A DNA stretch of 64,000 nucleotides, taken from positions 1 to 64,000 of IMG/VR virus record IMGVR_UViG_3300030060_008003. The stretch is one strand, 5' to 3'. The notes under the pieces were generated by a model. The model searched no databases. It was not told the DNA's origin and worked only from the letters and a program-made list of their open reading frames with translations. Shown in pieces: positions 37,670 to 49,183 of the stretch (the first letter of the stretch is position 1; every line of letters starts with the position of its first letter). This DNA comes from a virus. The translations under genes and the position numbers were made by a program.

Positions 37670-39331
37670 CTAGTTCCACTCAAACACAACAACACCAGTT
37701 GCAACAGGAGCACTTGCGGGCCCATCAGCATGTGACCCTCCACCCCCGCCATATGCAGGCGAGTGTCCATAAAATCCAGCTCCACCAACATCTTCTTCAT
37801 CTCCACCATCGTCTGTATCGATAAATCCAACCCCACCTAAAATCTTTAATGTACCTGTCGGTAAATATACACTTTCAGCAATTGTTGGAGACGCAGCGTC
37901 TATTAAACCAAACGCGCCACCTGGCGCTGTAACTATTGGATTATTACCATCTGCTTTAGGTTCATATATGTAACTAGTTTGTCCGCTAGTGTTTCCAACC
38001 GGAGCTGCTCCAACAACAACGGGGAATTCTTTTCCAGGAGCCGCTGAAAGATACCCGATAGCTGTAGCGCCAGCATTACCCGATGTCTTATCACCGGGAG
38101 ATCCTGACCCGGTTACATAAAACTTAACATAAGATACACCACCTGGCATTTTAAAGGTATGTTCTATACCTGGTGTGTCAAAAACCTGTATACCTGGCTG
38201 TGGTCTTGTTATTTTTACCGTACCACTAAGCGGATTAAAAGACGTATCTGTTACATTTTGTGTAACACCTGATCCAGATGTTATAGTAGCAGAAAGATTT
38301 TTACCAATTGTATATGCTGGACTAGTTACACCACCAAAAGCTTTGATAATAAAATTCATACCAACAGCAGAAAGTGTTGTCTTTCGAGCTGATAAACCTG
38401 CTCCACGTGCTGGAAATTGACCACCGAGACTATTTGTTGTTGAATCAAAGCCGTGTATAAATGTAGAACTTAAATTTGGAACATTGAAAGTATTATCTGC
38501 AAAATTACGCCCATATTGTCCATTAAGAGCAGTAAGAAGCTCAGAATATGTTACAGCATTAACAGCTTGCCCGTTACAGTTCAACCAACCATGCGGTGCA
38601 CTAGTTAATGGACCGGCATATGTCTGAATAGAACCAACAGGAATTAAAGCTGCTGTGGTTGGTGCAACAGCTGTAAGGACTTCTTTTGGTACTTTCCAAG
38701 TAAGTTGAGATCCACCGCCGCTATCTATTGCATCATAAGCTAGGAAATCTTCTTGTTGCGGTGACCCAGCTGGAAAAGTATAATTAACTGCACCTACGCG
38801 TAATTTAGATGGTAGTGTAAGATAATCAGTTAAACCAGTGCTATTTTGTGTAATTTTATCGATACTAATTGTAGCACTTAATGCTAGTTTTTCAGAACCA
38901 TCAATAGTTAATGAGTTGCCTATTGCATTTAAAGAAAAATTACCTGCAGATAATGTTCCAACTGATATTCTATTATTAGCATCAATAGTTATTGTTTTAT
39001 TATATGCGCTTAAGTAAGTTGCAACAGTTACCCAATCCGCCCCTACGCTTCCTGTACCTTTAGTTAAAACTTTAAAACATCTGTTATCTGTATCATACGC
39101 ATAATCACCACTAGCCACAGGCGCGAGCGATGTTAAGTCCGCTGCCTCACCTGCCCATTTGTTACCAACTATAACACCACCTACTGTTGTACCATCACCA
39201 ATATACAACCTTTTTGTATCAGTGGCATACCCTAGTTCTCCAGTTTCTAATGTTATTTGCTGTCGATCATGATTTGTCCCTCTTCTAACAAGAAGTTTTA
39301 ATAATGTGTTTTCTAAAATTTGTATGGACAT
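37670..39331 (-). CDS. tail fibre protein with collar domain
   Basis: VRRGT...GELGYATDTKRLYIGDG N-domain; IPVGSI...GWLNCNG...YSEL...FNVPNL collar; Gly-rich C-terminus. Confidence 0.8.
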   Translation of the reverse strand: MSIQILENTLLKLLVRRGTNHDRQQITLETGELGYATDTKRLYIGDGTTVGGVIVGNKWAGEAADLTSLAPVASGDYAYDTDNRCFKVLTKGTGSVGADWVTVATYLSAYNKTITIDANNRISVGTLSAGNFSLNAIGNSLTIDGSEKLALSATISIDKITQNSTGLTDYLTLPSKLRVGAVNYTFPAGSPQQEDFLAYDAIDSGGGSQLTWKVPKEVLTAVAPTTAALIPVGSIQTYAGPLTSAPHGWLNCNGQAVNAVTYSELLTALNGQYGRNFADNTFNVPNLSSTFIHGFDSTTNSLGGQFPARGAGLSARKTTLSAVGMNFIIKAFGGVTSPAYTIGKNLSATITSGSGVTQNVTDTSFNPLSGTVKITRPQPGIQVFDTPGIEHTFKMPGGVSYVKFYVTGSGSPGDKTSGNAGATAIGYLSAAPGKEFPVVVGAAPVGNTSGQTSYIYEPKADGNNPIVTAPGGAFGLIDAASPTIAESVYLPTGTLKILGGVGFIDTDDGGDEEDVGGAGFYGHSPAYGGGGGSHADGPASAPVATGVVVFEWN

Positions 39332-39343
39332 ATGTTAAAATAT

Positions 39344-40906
39344 TTAGTAGCTATAAACCGGTATTGCAAATCTATCAAATGTTTCATTACTAGCACTATT
39401 ACGTACATTACCAGATAACGCCATAGTAATAAATCCTGCTGAACTTAAACTAAGCACTTGACCGCCTGAGTTAAGGCCGTTACATACTTGCTGTGCATAT
39501 TTACCTAAAAATCCTTGACTTACTTGATTTGGCGCGCCATTGAAGATATTTAAAACAGGATCTTCAGCATACTTAATAATAAAGTTAACACCAAATGCGC
39601 TAAGAGTATTGTAAGGAGGCTTTTTATCAGGTCCGGAGACAGCACCATCTGTAGCACTCAAGAATAATGTTCTTGTACTCGCAGTAATGGCTCCTTCAGA
39701 GCCATATAGCATAACATCGCCACCGGTTAAACTCGGTACTCTAAAGAGAGACATTCCCGTGCCGCCATATACAGTGCCTATTTTATCAAAAAGCTGTCTA
39801 TACTCTGTATTAGTAGTTGCATCATATGCATGACCATCACATAATAGATAACCTGCAGGAGGGCTGCTAAACGCTTGCGCATGCGGTAAAATAGAACCAA
39901 TAGGTACACCATCACCAGCTCCAGCGCCTGATAAGCCAGTAGCTGTTACAACATCAAATATAGAGCTTTGTACGTCTGTAACTAAACCTTTTTCTACATT
40001 TACATAAGGCAGCTCTTGAAATGCTGAAGTAGATCCATTTAATGATACAACCCCGTTATCATTTATTAAGAGTTCACCGTCTACAGATTGCAATGTTGTT
40101 TCGAGTCTATTAGATGCCGTGTTTACGGTTAATCCACCACCCAATCTACCCTCTGTAGTGGATGTTCCATCACCCGGTCCAGCCCATGTAGATATAGGAA
40201 ATGATAATGATCCGACACTCTTAAGTTCTAATTTATTATTAGCATCAAACTTAAATTGATCCTCATTAACACTAAGAGCTAGCTCTTCACCGTTACCTCC
40301 CTTTAAACCGCTTGCTGATGGAAATAAAGCTTTTATTTCTCGTTTTGTTATAGAGTTTTGCTTTGGGGTTAATCGACCTGTAGTGCCGGTTGCACTAGAT
40401 AATTCTATATAGTCTGTATTAAATGCTACACTTGCTTCTCCAGCCGTAGTGTTTGATGATAATAAACCAGCTCCAAAAAATGTTGTACCTATATTTTGTG
40501 AATCTAAACCTTGTTTTTTAACAGAAAGCTTATTATTACTATCAAACTCGATAGATGTATCATTAGGTACACTACCAATATATGCCCACCCTGATAAAGC
40601 ATTAGTATATGCTTTACCAGTTGAACTAGCCCCAGTTAAAATATACAAGCGACTATCTGCATACCCTATATCACCGACTTGAAGATGAGGAGATTCGCCA
40701 GCAGCTGGTCCTAAACTAGCAACTGTTGCAAAAGGACCTACTGCTTTATTACCAGCAACAGTCCCGCCGTAAGTTGCTCCATCACCAACAAATAATCTCT
40801 TAGAATCAAGAGTGTAACCAACCTCCCCTTGATCTAATACAATGTCCTGGCGCTGACTATCAGTACCTCTTCTAACTTTTAATTTTACTATAGTAATATT
40901 TGCCAT
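39344..40906 (-). CDS. tail fibre protein with collar domain (paralog of 37670-39331)
   Basis: VRRGT...GEVGYTLDSKRLFVGDG; VPIGSI...GYLLCDG...FRVPSL; VNFIIKY. Confidence 0.8.
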   Translation of the reverse strand: MANITIVKLKVRRGTDSQRQDIVLDQGEVGYTLDSKRLFVGDGATYGGTVAGNKAVGPFATVASLGPAAGESPHLQVGDIGYADSRLYILTGASSTGKAYTNALSGWAYIGSVPNDTSIEFDSNNKLSVKKQGLDSQNIGTTFFGAGLLSSNTTAGEASVAFNTDYIELSSATGTTGRLTPKQNSITKREIKALFPSASGLKGGNGEELALSVNEDQFKFDANNKLELKSVGSLSFPISTWAGPGDGTSTTEGRLGGGLTVNTASNRLETTLQSVDGELLINDNGVVSLNGSTSAFQELPYVNVEKGLVTDVQSSIFDVVTATGLSGAGAGDGVPIGSILPHAQAFSSPPAGYLLCDGHAYDATTNTEYRQLFDKIGTVYGGTGMSLFRVPSLTGGDVMLYGSEGAITASTRTLFLSATDGAVSGPDKKPPYNTLSAFGVNFIIKYAEDPVLNIFNGAPNQVSQGFLGKYAQQVCNGLNSGGQVLSLSSAGFITMALSGNVRNSASNETFDRFAIPVYSY

Positions 40907-40912
40907 GATTTT

Positions 40913-41992
40913 TTATGCTATTCTTCTCCATACATATGCACCGTATGATGGAGGAATGTTATTATGTTTTTTACCTTCACCTACAGACGTAGATTGTCTA
41001 ATGCTCTCAGATCCTTCATTAAAATTAACTTGCTGATTATCTCTTGTTACAACACTTGCACGGTTAGCATTATTAGCTAGCTCTCCAGCTTGTGCTGACC
41101 CTACATCTACAGCTCCTTTCTCAATACACCAGGCATATGCATTAAAGTCCCACTGCGATCCATTACCTAAAGGCGATTTACTCGCTACAAATCGCGTTTC
41201 ACCATTCCATAGTCCGATTACTTCTTTATATTGAAACTGTGTATTATTTAGATATCTACTTCTTGTATCCGGGTCATAGTTTGCAGCAGAACCTAATTGA
41301 AAGTTAAGATCAAGAGATCTTCTTACAATATCTTGTGGATCATTATTATTTGCTGTTCTGTTTCCAAACTGATTATTCCAATTCCACCCACTCGCTGCTC
41401 CTAACGCGTTTCTTGACCGTTGCTGCTCTTGCCATGCTTGTGTTGAATTCGTTACACCTACCCCTGTTGCAACAAAGGGCTGGCCATTAGCAACACTTGT
41501 ACCGGTAGATACAAATACGTCATTAGAACCAACATTAGTTGTATGTGTATGAGCTGGCATGTTACCAACATTAAGCTCTGTCATATATTCACCTGCTCTG
41601 TTACCAGACTCAGGAGGTAAGCCATCTTCACAAAATTTTCTATAATCGGTGTTTTTATCTGTATGACCACCAACACCCACTAAAAACCTTCCTTCTGCAG
41701 CTATCTCCCAAGTAGTTCCAGCTATTCTTGTTTGAGGGTTTATATTATCAAGAGTTAATTGGAGACAACCAACAGGGAAAAACGCATCTAACCATTCTGT
41801 TGGTTCAGATAAAGGTCCTTTAGGGTATATATAATTATTAATTATAACTCTATCACCGCTTAGTGCCAATCCAGTAGAGTTGCCGGCACCATCAAAAACT
41901 TTATTTAAAGTATCCCCTAACTCCGCACCACTTAAATGAAGCAAAGAAGTGTAAAAATCAGATATAAATTGATCTGTTAAACTTTCTGGCAT
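40913..41992 (-). CDS. baseplate/short fibre protein (gp10 C-terminal-like)
   Basis: FPVG...NP...GTTW...GRFLVGVG...MPAHTH...HNNIPPSYGAYVWRRIA. Confidence 0.7.
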   Translation of the reverse strand: MPESLTDQFISDFYTSLLHLSGAELGDTLNKVFDGAGNSTGLALSGDRVIINNYIYPKGPLSEPTEWLDAFFPVGCLQLTLDNINPQTRIAGTTWEIAAEGRFLVGVGGHTDKNTDYRKFCEDGLPPESGNRAGEYMTELNVGNMPAHTHTTNVGSNDVFVSTGTSVANGQPFVATGVGVTNSTQAWQEQQRSRNALGAASGWNWNNQFGNRTANNNDPQDIVRRSLDLNFQLGSAANYDPDTRSRYLNNTQFQYKEVIGLWNGETRFVASKSPLGNGSQWDFNAYAWCIEKGAVDVGSAQAGELANNANRASVVTRDNQQVNFNEGSESIRQSTSVGEGKKHNNIPPSYGAYVWRRIA

Positions 41993-42024
41993 ACTACTAT
42001 TATTTATGTCACAATTTGAAAATA

Positions 42025-44814
42025 CTATCTAATGTTGACATTTCCTTGAGTTTCACCATATACTAAACCACCTATTATATTAACAGTACCAGCCGTAGCT
42101 TTTACTGTAAGTCCACCATTTCCAGGTTTTCTTGGATTAGTAGAAGCCCATGACTGGCCTCCAGCTGCTCCCCAGCCACCGCCACCTGCACTAACATATT
42201 CAGTCCATCGCGCCGCCCAAAGATCTTGCCCACCTATTCTACGAACTGGTGCAATCTCATATACACCAGGTTGATTAGTACTACCACCACGTACTAAAGC
42301 AGATCTATGGTTATAACCATCCCAACCGGTTGGTGATAGATATGAAAATCCATTATAATCTAAAGTTATTGTAGTACCAAACTCTGTATGAGATCCCCTA
42401 CCTGGTTTATTTACACCAGCTACAATATAAGGAAGTCCAGGTGTACTATTATTAACCTGATCTGCTCTCCAGTGAGGACCTACTGCCCAGCTTCGACCAG
42501 CACCAAAACCTCTTGCTTGTCTTAACGTATAACCAGAGTTCCAACCACGGTATGGTTGACTTCTATTATAAGCTGTTACATATGTTTCAATTACTTTATC
42601 TCTTGATCTACCTGGCCTAGGTATTACCTGTACATTAACTGATCCGTTATTACGCGGTGCTGTATTACTCCACTCCGGGCCATCAGTTTTTAAGTTACCA
42701 TCAGCATCTATAGCACCGAAACGTGCTCCAGGAATACCACCTGTCCCGCCACCATAAGCAGTAGCTGTTAGTATACGGCCACCTCCACCACCAGTCCCTT
42801 GATCATCGTAGCCTTTTCTTCTTCTTCCATGAGCACCGCTCCCTCCGGCTTGTCCACCTACACCTGGTAATGCAGGCCACAATGGTCCCCAGCCAATTGT
42901 TACAATATCACCTCTAGATTTAAATAATTGTAATGAATACTGACTAGTAAACTTATTATACCACCGACCGTTACTGCCAAGTTCACCAGGCGCGCCACCT
43001 GCTCCCCCAGCAGCAGTAGTTTTCCATAAATCATTCCTTGCACCTCTTACTGTAGATATATCTACTAGACCGCCATCTCCATCACCGAAATCCCACCCGG
43101 GGTATTGAAATATTGTAGACGTACCGCCCCAACCACCACCGGCACCACCACCGCCTCCTGATTCCCCTTCTAGAGAAGCAGAACCACCTCCACCTCCACC
43201 ACCGATACCACCAGCAGTATTATCGATAGTAATTTCAGAGTTTCCAATAACATGTATAGCATCTCCACCATCTTGCGCGTCAGAATAAAAACTACCGCCG
43301 TTACCGCCTCTACCCATAATAAATCCCTTGTTTATTAAGGTTAAACCACCAGGAAAATCATCTATGACCATTGCAGGAACTTTATCATTATTTGGATCAT
43401 CAGAGTAAATGTAAACGCCATTATCAATAATAATTCGACAAGCAGCTTGCCCGTTCCATCCATTATCTACTGCCCATTGATTTAAATTAAATACGTTATT
43501 TTTAGTTGATATTTGATTACGATCAATGATAAACTCAAATGGTAAGTTTTCTCTTGGTCGTTCAGCTGGTGGTATATTATCAACAGAATCAAGAGGTACA
43601 CGTCTCCAGAAATATACTGGGTAATTAGGTGGTATATTATTATGTCCTATACACTGACCTGTTGTTGTAGATTCAACAACTCTCGAACCTGGAACTAATC
43701 CATAATATAAATTTTCACCAAAACGTGCTTGCTCCGGTAATTCGTTTAACTCTATCAACCTATTAACACCCGCTAACGCTTTTTGTGCTTCTTTTACCCC
43801 GAGAACACCGATGATAAAATCACGTGCTTTAAGTAAATCTGCATCCGTAAACCTACCTGGATGCACTCTACTCTGTGTACGAGGATCAAATATAGGTCTA
43901 GCAATAAAATACTCTGTACCTTGAAATGTCCATCTCACACCAATTGGTCTTGGACTATTGCCAATAAATTTACCTGTTGTATTTAACATACCACCCCAAC
44001 CAGGACCACCAGCAGATGGTTGCGCCCAGCCTCTCAGTGATTGATTTGAATATTGTGGATCAAAATCTGCATCAGTATATGTTCTACCCTGCTCATGACG
44101 AGCTTTAATTAAATAATCACGGTAATTTAATTGATCGTTGTATTCGGTATTATTTTGAAATGCTACAATAGCATCACTATCTAGATAACGCTCATCCTCA
44201 CCAGTTAATTGTTTCGGGTTAATAGTATCTCCGAAGTAATGTATAAAACCAACATTTGTACCTTCACCTTGTTTACCAGCTGGAACTATCTCTGTCCTAG
44301 TATTAGTTGTGTGGGTATGGTTTGGTAGATCTTCTAATAATATAGGGGCTCTATACTCACCAGCTATATCACCCTGTTGAAGATTATTACCATTTCTTTG
44401 TCTACTACCGCCCGCTGTAAAAGTAAAAGTATCGTTATTTTTATCTGTATACGTTCCAGCACCAACTGCAAATAGCCCTTCTGATTGTAAAATCCATCTT
44501 GTACCCATTATTCTAGATCCTGGGTTTACAAAATCTGTTGTCATTATTATAACATTAATAGGGAAAAAAGCATCTAACCATTCTTTTTGATATGACCATC
44601 CTATAGGCTCCACAAAGCTATTAATTATAAATCTGTTGTCAGCTGAACTTAGAGATATACCGGTTACATTTCCCACCCCGTCGTACACTTTTGCTACCCC
44701 AGCTGGGTGTTCTCCAGCATCACGTCTATCCCAAGAAGCAATACTACCACCGCTTATATGTAATAAAGATGTGTATTGATCTGATATACGTTGTTGTGAA
44801 AGGCTTTCTGGCAT
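42025..44814 (-). CDS. gp10-like fibre protein fused to a gp38-like Gly-rich adhesin
   Basis: N-half paralogous to 40913-41992; C-half has INKGFIMGRGGNGG, GGDAI, GGGGGGGS, GGGGWG. Confidence 0.7.
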   Translation of the reverse strand: MPESLSQQRISDQYTSLLHISGGSIASWDRRDAGEHPAGVAKVYDGVGNVTGISLSSADNRFIINSFVEPIGWSYQKEWLDAFFPINVIIMTTDFVNPGSRIMGTRWILQSEGLFAVGAGTYTDKNNDTFTFTAGGSRQRNGNNLQQGDIAGEYRAPILLEDLPNHTHTTNTRTEIVPAGKQGEGTNVGFIHYFGDTINPKQLTGEDERYLDSDAIVAFQNNTEYNDQLNYRDYLIKARHEQGRTYTDADFDPQYSNQSLRGWAQPSAGGPGWGGMLNTTGKFIGNSPRPIGVRWTFQGTEYFIARPIFDPRTQSRVHPGRFTDADLLKARDFIIGVLGVKEAQKALAGVNRLIELNELPEQARFGENLYYGLVPGSRVVESTTTGQCIGHNNIPPNYPVYFWRRVPLDSVDNIPPAERPRENLPFEFIIDRNQISTKNNVFNLNQWAVDNGWNGQAACRIIIDNGVYIYSDDPNNDKVPAMVIDDFPGGLTLINKGFIMGRGGNGGSFYSDAQDGGDAIHVIGNSEITIDNTAGGIGGGGGGGSASLEGESGGGGGAGGGWGGTSTIFQYPGWDFGDGDGGLVDISTVRGARNDLWKTTAAGGAGGAPGELGSNGRWYNKFTSQYSLQLFKSRGDIVTIGWGPLWPALPGVGGQAGGSGAHGRRRKGYDDQGTGGGGGRILTATAYGGGTGGIPGARFGAIDADGNLKTDGPEWSNTAPRNNGSVNVQVIPRPGRSRDKVIETYVTAYNRSQPYRGWNSGYTLRQARGFGAGRSWAVGPHWRADQVNNSTPGLPYIVAGVNKPGRGSHTEFGTTITLDYNGFSYLSPTGWDGYNHRSALVRGGSTNQPGVYEIAPVRRIGGQDLWAARWTEYVSAGGGGWGAAGGQSWASTNPRKPGNGGLTVKATAGTVNIIGGLVYGETQGNVNIR

Positions 44815-44828
44815 TATGTATATTTATT

Positions 44829-46799
44829 TTAGTAATTAGGAGTACCACTATCAGTACTACCTGGATTTATTTCATCAAATTCTACCCCACCAATAACTAT
44901 GTCACCAAAAAAGTCTTCTTCCGGACCTTCTAATAGTTCTGATTTATCTATTATACTATTTAAAACTTGTTGCTGTAATTCAAAAAGTTGGTTAATAACC
45001 CGTGAAACAACATTATAATCAACTGCTTCATTTTCATGGAATTCAATATCTCTAAAATTAATATCTAATCCTTTGTAAGTTATATAATCTCTTAGTATAG
45101 GTATACCGGATGCTACTGTTGCTGCTGGTATGAGGCTGAGACTTAAAAAGATGTTTACTGTGTCTTTAATAATATTTTGTATTTCGCTATTTAATGTGCT
45201 TCCTAAACTCGACTCACAGCTCGTAATTTTTTCATATAAATTTTTAAGATCTAATGGTACGAAGTTTTGATACAATAGATTACTTTCTTTAAACAGATAT
45301 ATACGACCGATATTATGTAAAAGGAAAAATAAATCTGTTTCATTTTTAGTTACTATATAGTTTATATAGTTAAAGTAGTTTGATTTAAGTATATTAGAAT
45401 TAAACTTCTTTTCAATTAAATTAAAACGTTCCCCAGTATTATTAAAGTACATATCAGGTAGATATTGTAAATTTTCTGGATCTGCAAAGCCAGAAACTTC
45501 TTGTGGATTTGATATAAATCTTGTTGTTATAAAACCTCTATCATTTATTATAAAAACGTTTGAATCGTTTTGCGAGAAAAATATTTCAATATCATCTTCT
45601 TCAACTGCAGTAAATTTATATGTCGGTCTATGTCTAAAAACGTATTTTGGATTTAAACTCGAACTTAAATTAGTTATTTTTTCAGCGTCTAATTGATATA
45701 GGTAAAATACACCTTGACCACTAGTATCTTTTTCACTAACTTCTGGCGACACCTGTCCCGGCTCGGTTAAAATTAAAATAGAATCATCTGAGTCTCTTAT
45801 ATCGAAAGAAACTATATCTTCATCTTCTTCAGCTGTAATCGTTGCAATTAATTTATTCGAGTATTTGTTTCTAACAGAAATAGCTATTGTATCAATTCCT
45901 TCCTCTTCATTTATTTCACGGTATCTATAACCCAATAAATTGTTTCCTATTTTAACTGTTTTATCGATTACATCTTCACGTAGAGTTATTTTATCTACAA
46001 GCTTTAACTTTCCGCAAGGGTTAATAAAACTATTGTCGTATAAGTTAAGATCTACTTCTACTGAGCCAGCTGATAAACTGTATAATATATCTGCTGAATT
46101 ATCATACGTAAATCTAGTACCACCTTTGAATAAGGTTTCACCAGTATCCTCGTCAGGTGTAATAGGTACTAAGTTACTGTTTTTAACAAAGCTACCTGAG
46201 AAAGTGTGTGAAGTCGTCGGCGTTGTCGTAAAATAAAAATATGTCTCATCATTATAAACAAATAAAGTACTATCGATAGTGTTATCTAGTACATTAACAC
46301 CTTGTACCTTATCGATAAAACTAAATGGATCGATTTGAATAGGAAATTGATTATCTTTAGCTAGTTTTGTATCATCATTACGCGTATCATTTTTACCACT
46401 CGATAATCCTAAAAAGTACGCATTTCCATTTTTTGCAGAGTTTTTGAAGTTAAGCAAATCATTACGCGATGTTATATTTAATGCATATAGATTAAGGTTA
46501 TTTTGATTTAGAAGACCTAAATTTGTATCAATAAAAGATTGATCAATAACACTTCTTGGAGATATAGTAGGTCTTGTTAGTATGTTAGACTCTACTGTTG
46601 GTGTTGTTGTTCTATCGAACTCTAACTTATGTAAAATACTATTTGCAAAAAAAGTATCAGTAGATTGTAAGATTCGTGAAGATTCAGTAAGAGACTTTCC
46701 GGTATAAGCTACACCATCTCTTACGTTAACAAATCCCGTATACGGCGCGCCACTTAAAGTAAAACTACCAGCAGCAGCATATTTAAAGTATTCAATCAT
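44829..46799 (-). CDS. putative baseplate/virion structural protein
   Basis: 656 aa in the baseplate operon; no recognised motif. Confidence 0.5.
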   Translation of the reverse strand: MIEYFKYAAAGSFTLSGAPYTGFVNVRDGVAYTGKSLTESSRILQSTDTFFANSILHKLEFDRTTTPTVESNILTRPTISPRSVIDQSFIDTNLGLLNQNNLNLYALNITSRNDLLNFKNSAKNGNAYFLGLSSGKNDTRNDDTKLAKDNQFPIQIDPFSFIDKVQGVNVLDNTIDSTLFVYNDETYFYFTTTPTTSHTFSGSFVKNSNLVPITPDEDTGETLFKGGTRFTYDNSADILYSLSAGSVEVDLNLYDNSFINPCGKLKLVDKITLREDVIDKTVKIGNNLLGYRYREINEEEGIDTIAISVRNKYSNKLIATITAEEDEDIVSFDIRDSDDSILILTEPGQVSPEVSEKDTSGQGVFYLYQLDAEKITNLSSSLNPKYVFRHRPTYKFTAVEEDDIEIFFSQNDSNVFIINDRGFITTRFISNPQEVSGFADPENLQYLPDMYFNNTGERFNLIEKKFNSNILKSNYFNYINYIVTKNETDLFFLLHNIGRIYLFKESNLLYQNFVPLDLKNLYEKITSCESSLGSTLNSEIQNIIKDTVNIFLSLSLIPAATVASGIPILRDYITYKGLDINFRDIEFHENEAVDYNVVSRVINQLFELQQQVLNSIIDKSELLEGPEEDFFGDIVIGGVEFDEINPGSTDSGTPNY

Positions 46800-49174
46800 T
46801 TTTTGTAGTCTATAAATTTAATATCGTTAATGTTCGTCGTTTTTGGAATAGAGTTTTTAATATTTGTCAAAACAATATTTTTAACTTCATCACGAATATT
46901 ACTATCTGTTATATTTAAATTTTTAATATTAATATCCACCTCATTACTCTTATGTTTGAGGTTTGTGTTTATTGAGTTTACAAGTTGTATATTATCTGTT
47001 AAATTTCTCTGACCGCATGGTAGAGATATAGTTATGTCTTGTATATTATTAAGATTGGAACTAAACAAGAAAGCTATTCGTTCATTCTCATTAAGAGGTT
47101 CGAGAGAAAGATATAAATTATCAATAGCTATTCTATCCTCTGGATCACTAGCAGCATTACGTAATATTTCAATACTTTGCTGTACATTATCTTCATCTGT
47201 ATAATATATAAAGATGTCGCCAAAAAGAAGTCGCTTAGTGTACATTTGAAAAGCGTTAATTTCAAATGTATACAACTCAATTGAATTTAGATATAATTTA
47301 AACTCACCTAATACAGCATCAAAGGATAAGAAAACATTATTTTGTTCAAATAAATCAATACTAAATTCATACTCATACGTTGTTTGGGCTATTCTAGCTG
47401 ATAAACTTAAACCTTCAGTACTATTATCAAATAACTTATAGCTAAACTTACAAGTTTTTCCATTTTTCTTAAAACAAATACCACCGTCAATCGCATTATA
47501 CTCTGACTCTATATAAAAATCATTTGTATCATTTTGTATTGTAAATCCTAATCCAAAGCCACCATTTTCATTTATAGTAGAAAAATAATTATTAATCTTT
47601 CTATCCACAACCGAAGTTTCGCAGAAATTTGTCGGAGATTTTCTAGTAAAATTTTGTTTTGCAATTCTTACATATTTGTATCTTTTTGACGGTTCAAAAA
47701 CTAAATCACTCTTTTTATCAAAATAATATTTTTCAGTTACTGATGTTTTGAGACTTGAATTAGTCATAATTAAATTTTCAACAGCTTGATCATAAGTTAT
47801 ATTAAATGAACCAACACCACCCAGGGCCTCTTCTTTTGAAACGAGATCTGGGTAAAAATACCTATCAACCCACGTTCCGCGTTTACCTATACCACCGGAT
47901 AACCATGTGCAAAGGTAGGTGACATTTTCACCTTTAACAGAATTATCATCTAAACTATATACTCTATCTGATAAATCTGGTGCAGTAAACGAAAAAGAAC
48001 CGCAATCTGCAAACTTAGTATCATTAATGTTTATTTTATCAAAAGGCTGCAGGGACGATGGAGTTGTAAAATGTGTTGTACCTGATCTGATAATTATATC
48101 ATAGTTATTATAAACATAGTTTAAGGCTAATGTTTCATTTTCCTCACTATCTATATCTGCAAAAATACTAGTGTAGTTTCTTAAATTTTGCGCAAATGTG
48201 GTTGTCTCAGAAGTTGATAAAAGGTTATTTGATGATGTAAACGAGTCTTGTGTATTTACTATATTTTTTAGCGTTAAAAAATTAAAAATTTGTTTATCAT
48301 TATTACTCGAACTGTAGAGTAAGTAGTTAGAAGGTAAATTAAAATCACTTGTTGTATTTTTAATCTTTCCAGAATTATCGTATGTTATGTATGATGTATT
48401 ATACGGCGACGGTATAGTTAAATTTAGCTCTTGATCGAGTCTTATACTAAAAGCAGTAACAGCAAACTCATTATATTGATTTATGGGATTGAGTCTCGTA
48501 GCAACAACCTTATCCCCGTTACTAGTTAATGCATACACAGTTTTTGTCCCAGATTTAATTTTTGTAGAATATAAATTAATGTAACTTATTGATGTATACT
48601 TACATAAATTATAATTTAAATTAAACCCAGATAGTGGTAATTGACTTTCTGAAACAAATAACACTTCACGTGTATCTGTAAACTCACTATCGTTGTCATT
48701 TTCTACAACAAGAAAGTATCGAATATTATTTACCCTAGTTGCAACTCTACAATTAAAATCATCTATTAATTCAATTTCAAAAACACTACCCTCACTAGGA
48801 TTAATCGTTGCCGTTCCGTAGTTTTCTGCTGCGTAAATATTATTTTCTATTTTAAACGTACTTAAAGAAGCTTGCTTAAAGGAACAAAATGCATTAGCAC
48901 TGAATCCAAAATTTAATGTTGAAGTGTATCTTTTTGGTTTTACTTTTGGCGCATTATATGTTGTAACGCTATCTAATAAAACGTTATTAGTAAGGTAAAA
49001 GTTAGTGTAGTTTAAATTTTTAAAGCTTTGTGAGCTAGAGAGGGCCTGTATAAAATTTATCTTAAAGCCTCCATTAAATGTCCGTGGGAATTGATCTAAT
49101 TCAATATTCATCGGACAAAAGCTAGCCTCTGCTGAGCTAAGTGCACTTAGACTAGATTTTACTAAAGATCCCAT
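46796..49174 (-). CDS. putative baseplate/virion structural protein
   Basis: About 792 aa; ATG 49174 is 6 nt after TAAATA. Confidence 0.5.
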   Translation of the reverse strand: MGSLVKSSLSALSSAEASFCPMNIELDQFPRTFNGGFKINFIQALSSSQSFKNLNYTNFYLTNNVLLDSVTTYNAPKVKPKRYTSTLNFGFSANAFCSFKQASLSTFKIENNIYAAENYGTATINPSEGSVFEIELIDDFNCRVATRVNNIRYFLVVENDNDSEFTDTREVLFVSESQLPLSGFNLNYNLCKYTSISYINLYSTKIKSGTKTVYALTSNGDKVVATRLNPINQYNEFAVTAFSIRLDQELNLTIPSPYNTSYITYDNSGKIKNTTSDFNLPSNYLLYSSSNNDKQIFNFLTLKNIVNTQDSFTSSNNLLSTSETTTFAQNLRNYTSIFADIDSEENETLALNYVYNNYDIIIRSGTTHFTTPSSLQPFDKININDTKFADCGSFSFTAPDLSDRVYSLDDNSVKGENVTYLCTWLSGGIGKRGTWVDRYFYPDLVSKEEALGGVGSFNITYDQAVENLIMTNSSLKTSVTEKYYFDKKSDLVFEPSKRYKYVRIAKQNFTRKSPTNFCETSVVDRKINNYFSTINENGGFGLGFTIQNDTNDFYIESEYNAIDGGICFKKNGKTCKFSYKLFDNSTEGLSLSARIAQTTYEYEFSIDLFEQNNVFLSFDAVLGEFKLYLNSIELYTFEINAFQMYTKRLLFGDIFIYYTDEDNVQQSIEILRNAASDPEDRIAIDNLYLSLEPLNENERIAFLFSSNLNNIQDITISLPCGQRNLTDNIQLVNSINTNLKHKSNEVDINIKNLNITDSNIRDEVKNIVLTNIKNSIPKTTNINDIKFIDYKK

Positions 49175-49183
49175 TAACAATAT

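Noticed and set aside
37670-44814. Diversity-generating retroelement (Mtd_N-like N-termini, duplicated genes)
   Set aside because: No reverse transcriptase and no near-identical TR/VR pair with adenine-specific mismatches seen; the similarity is old protein-level paralogy
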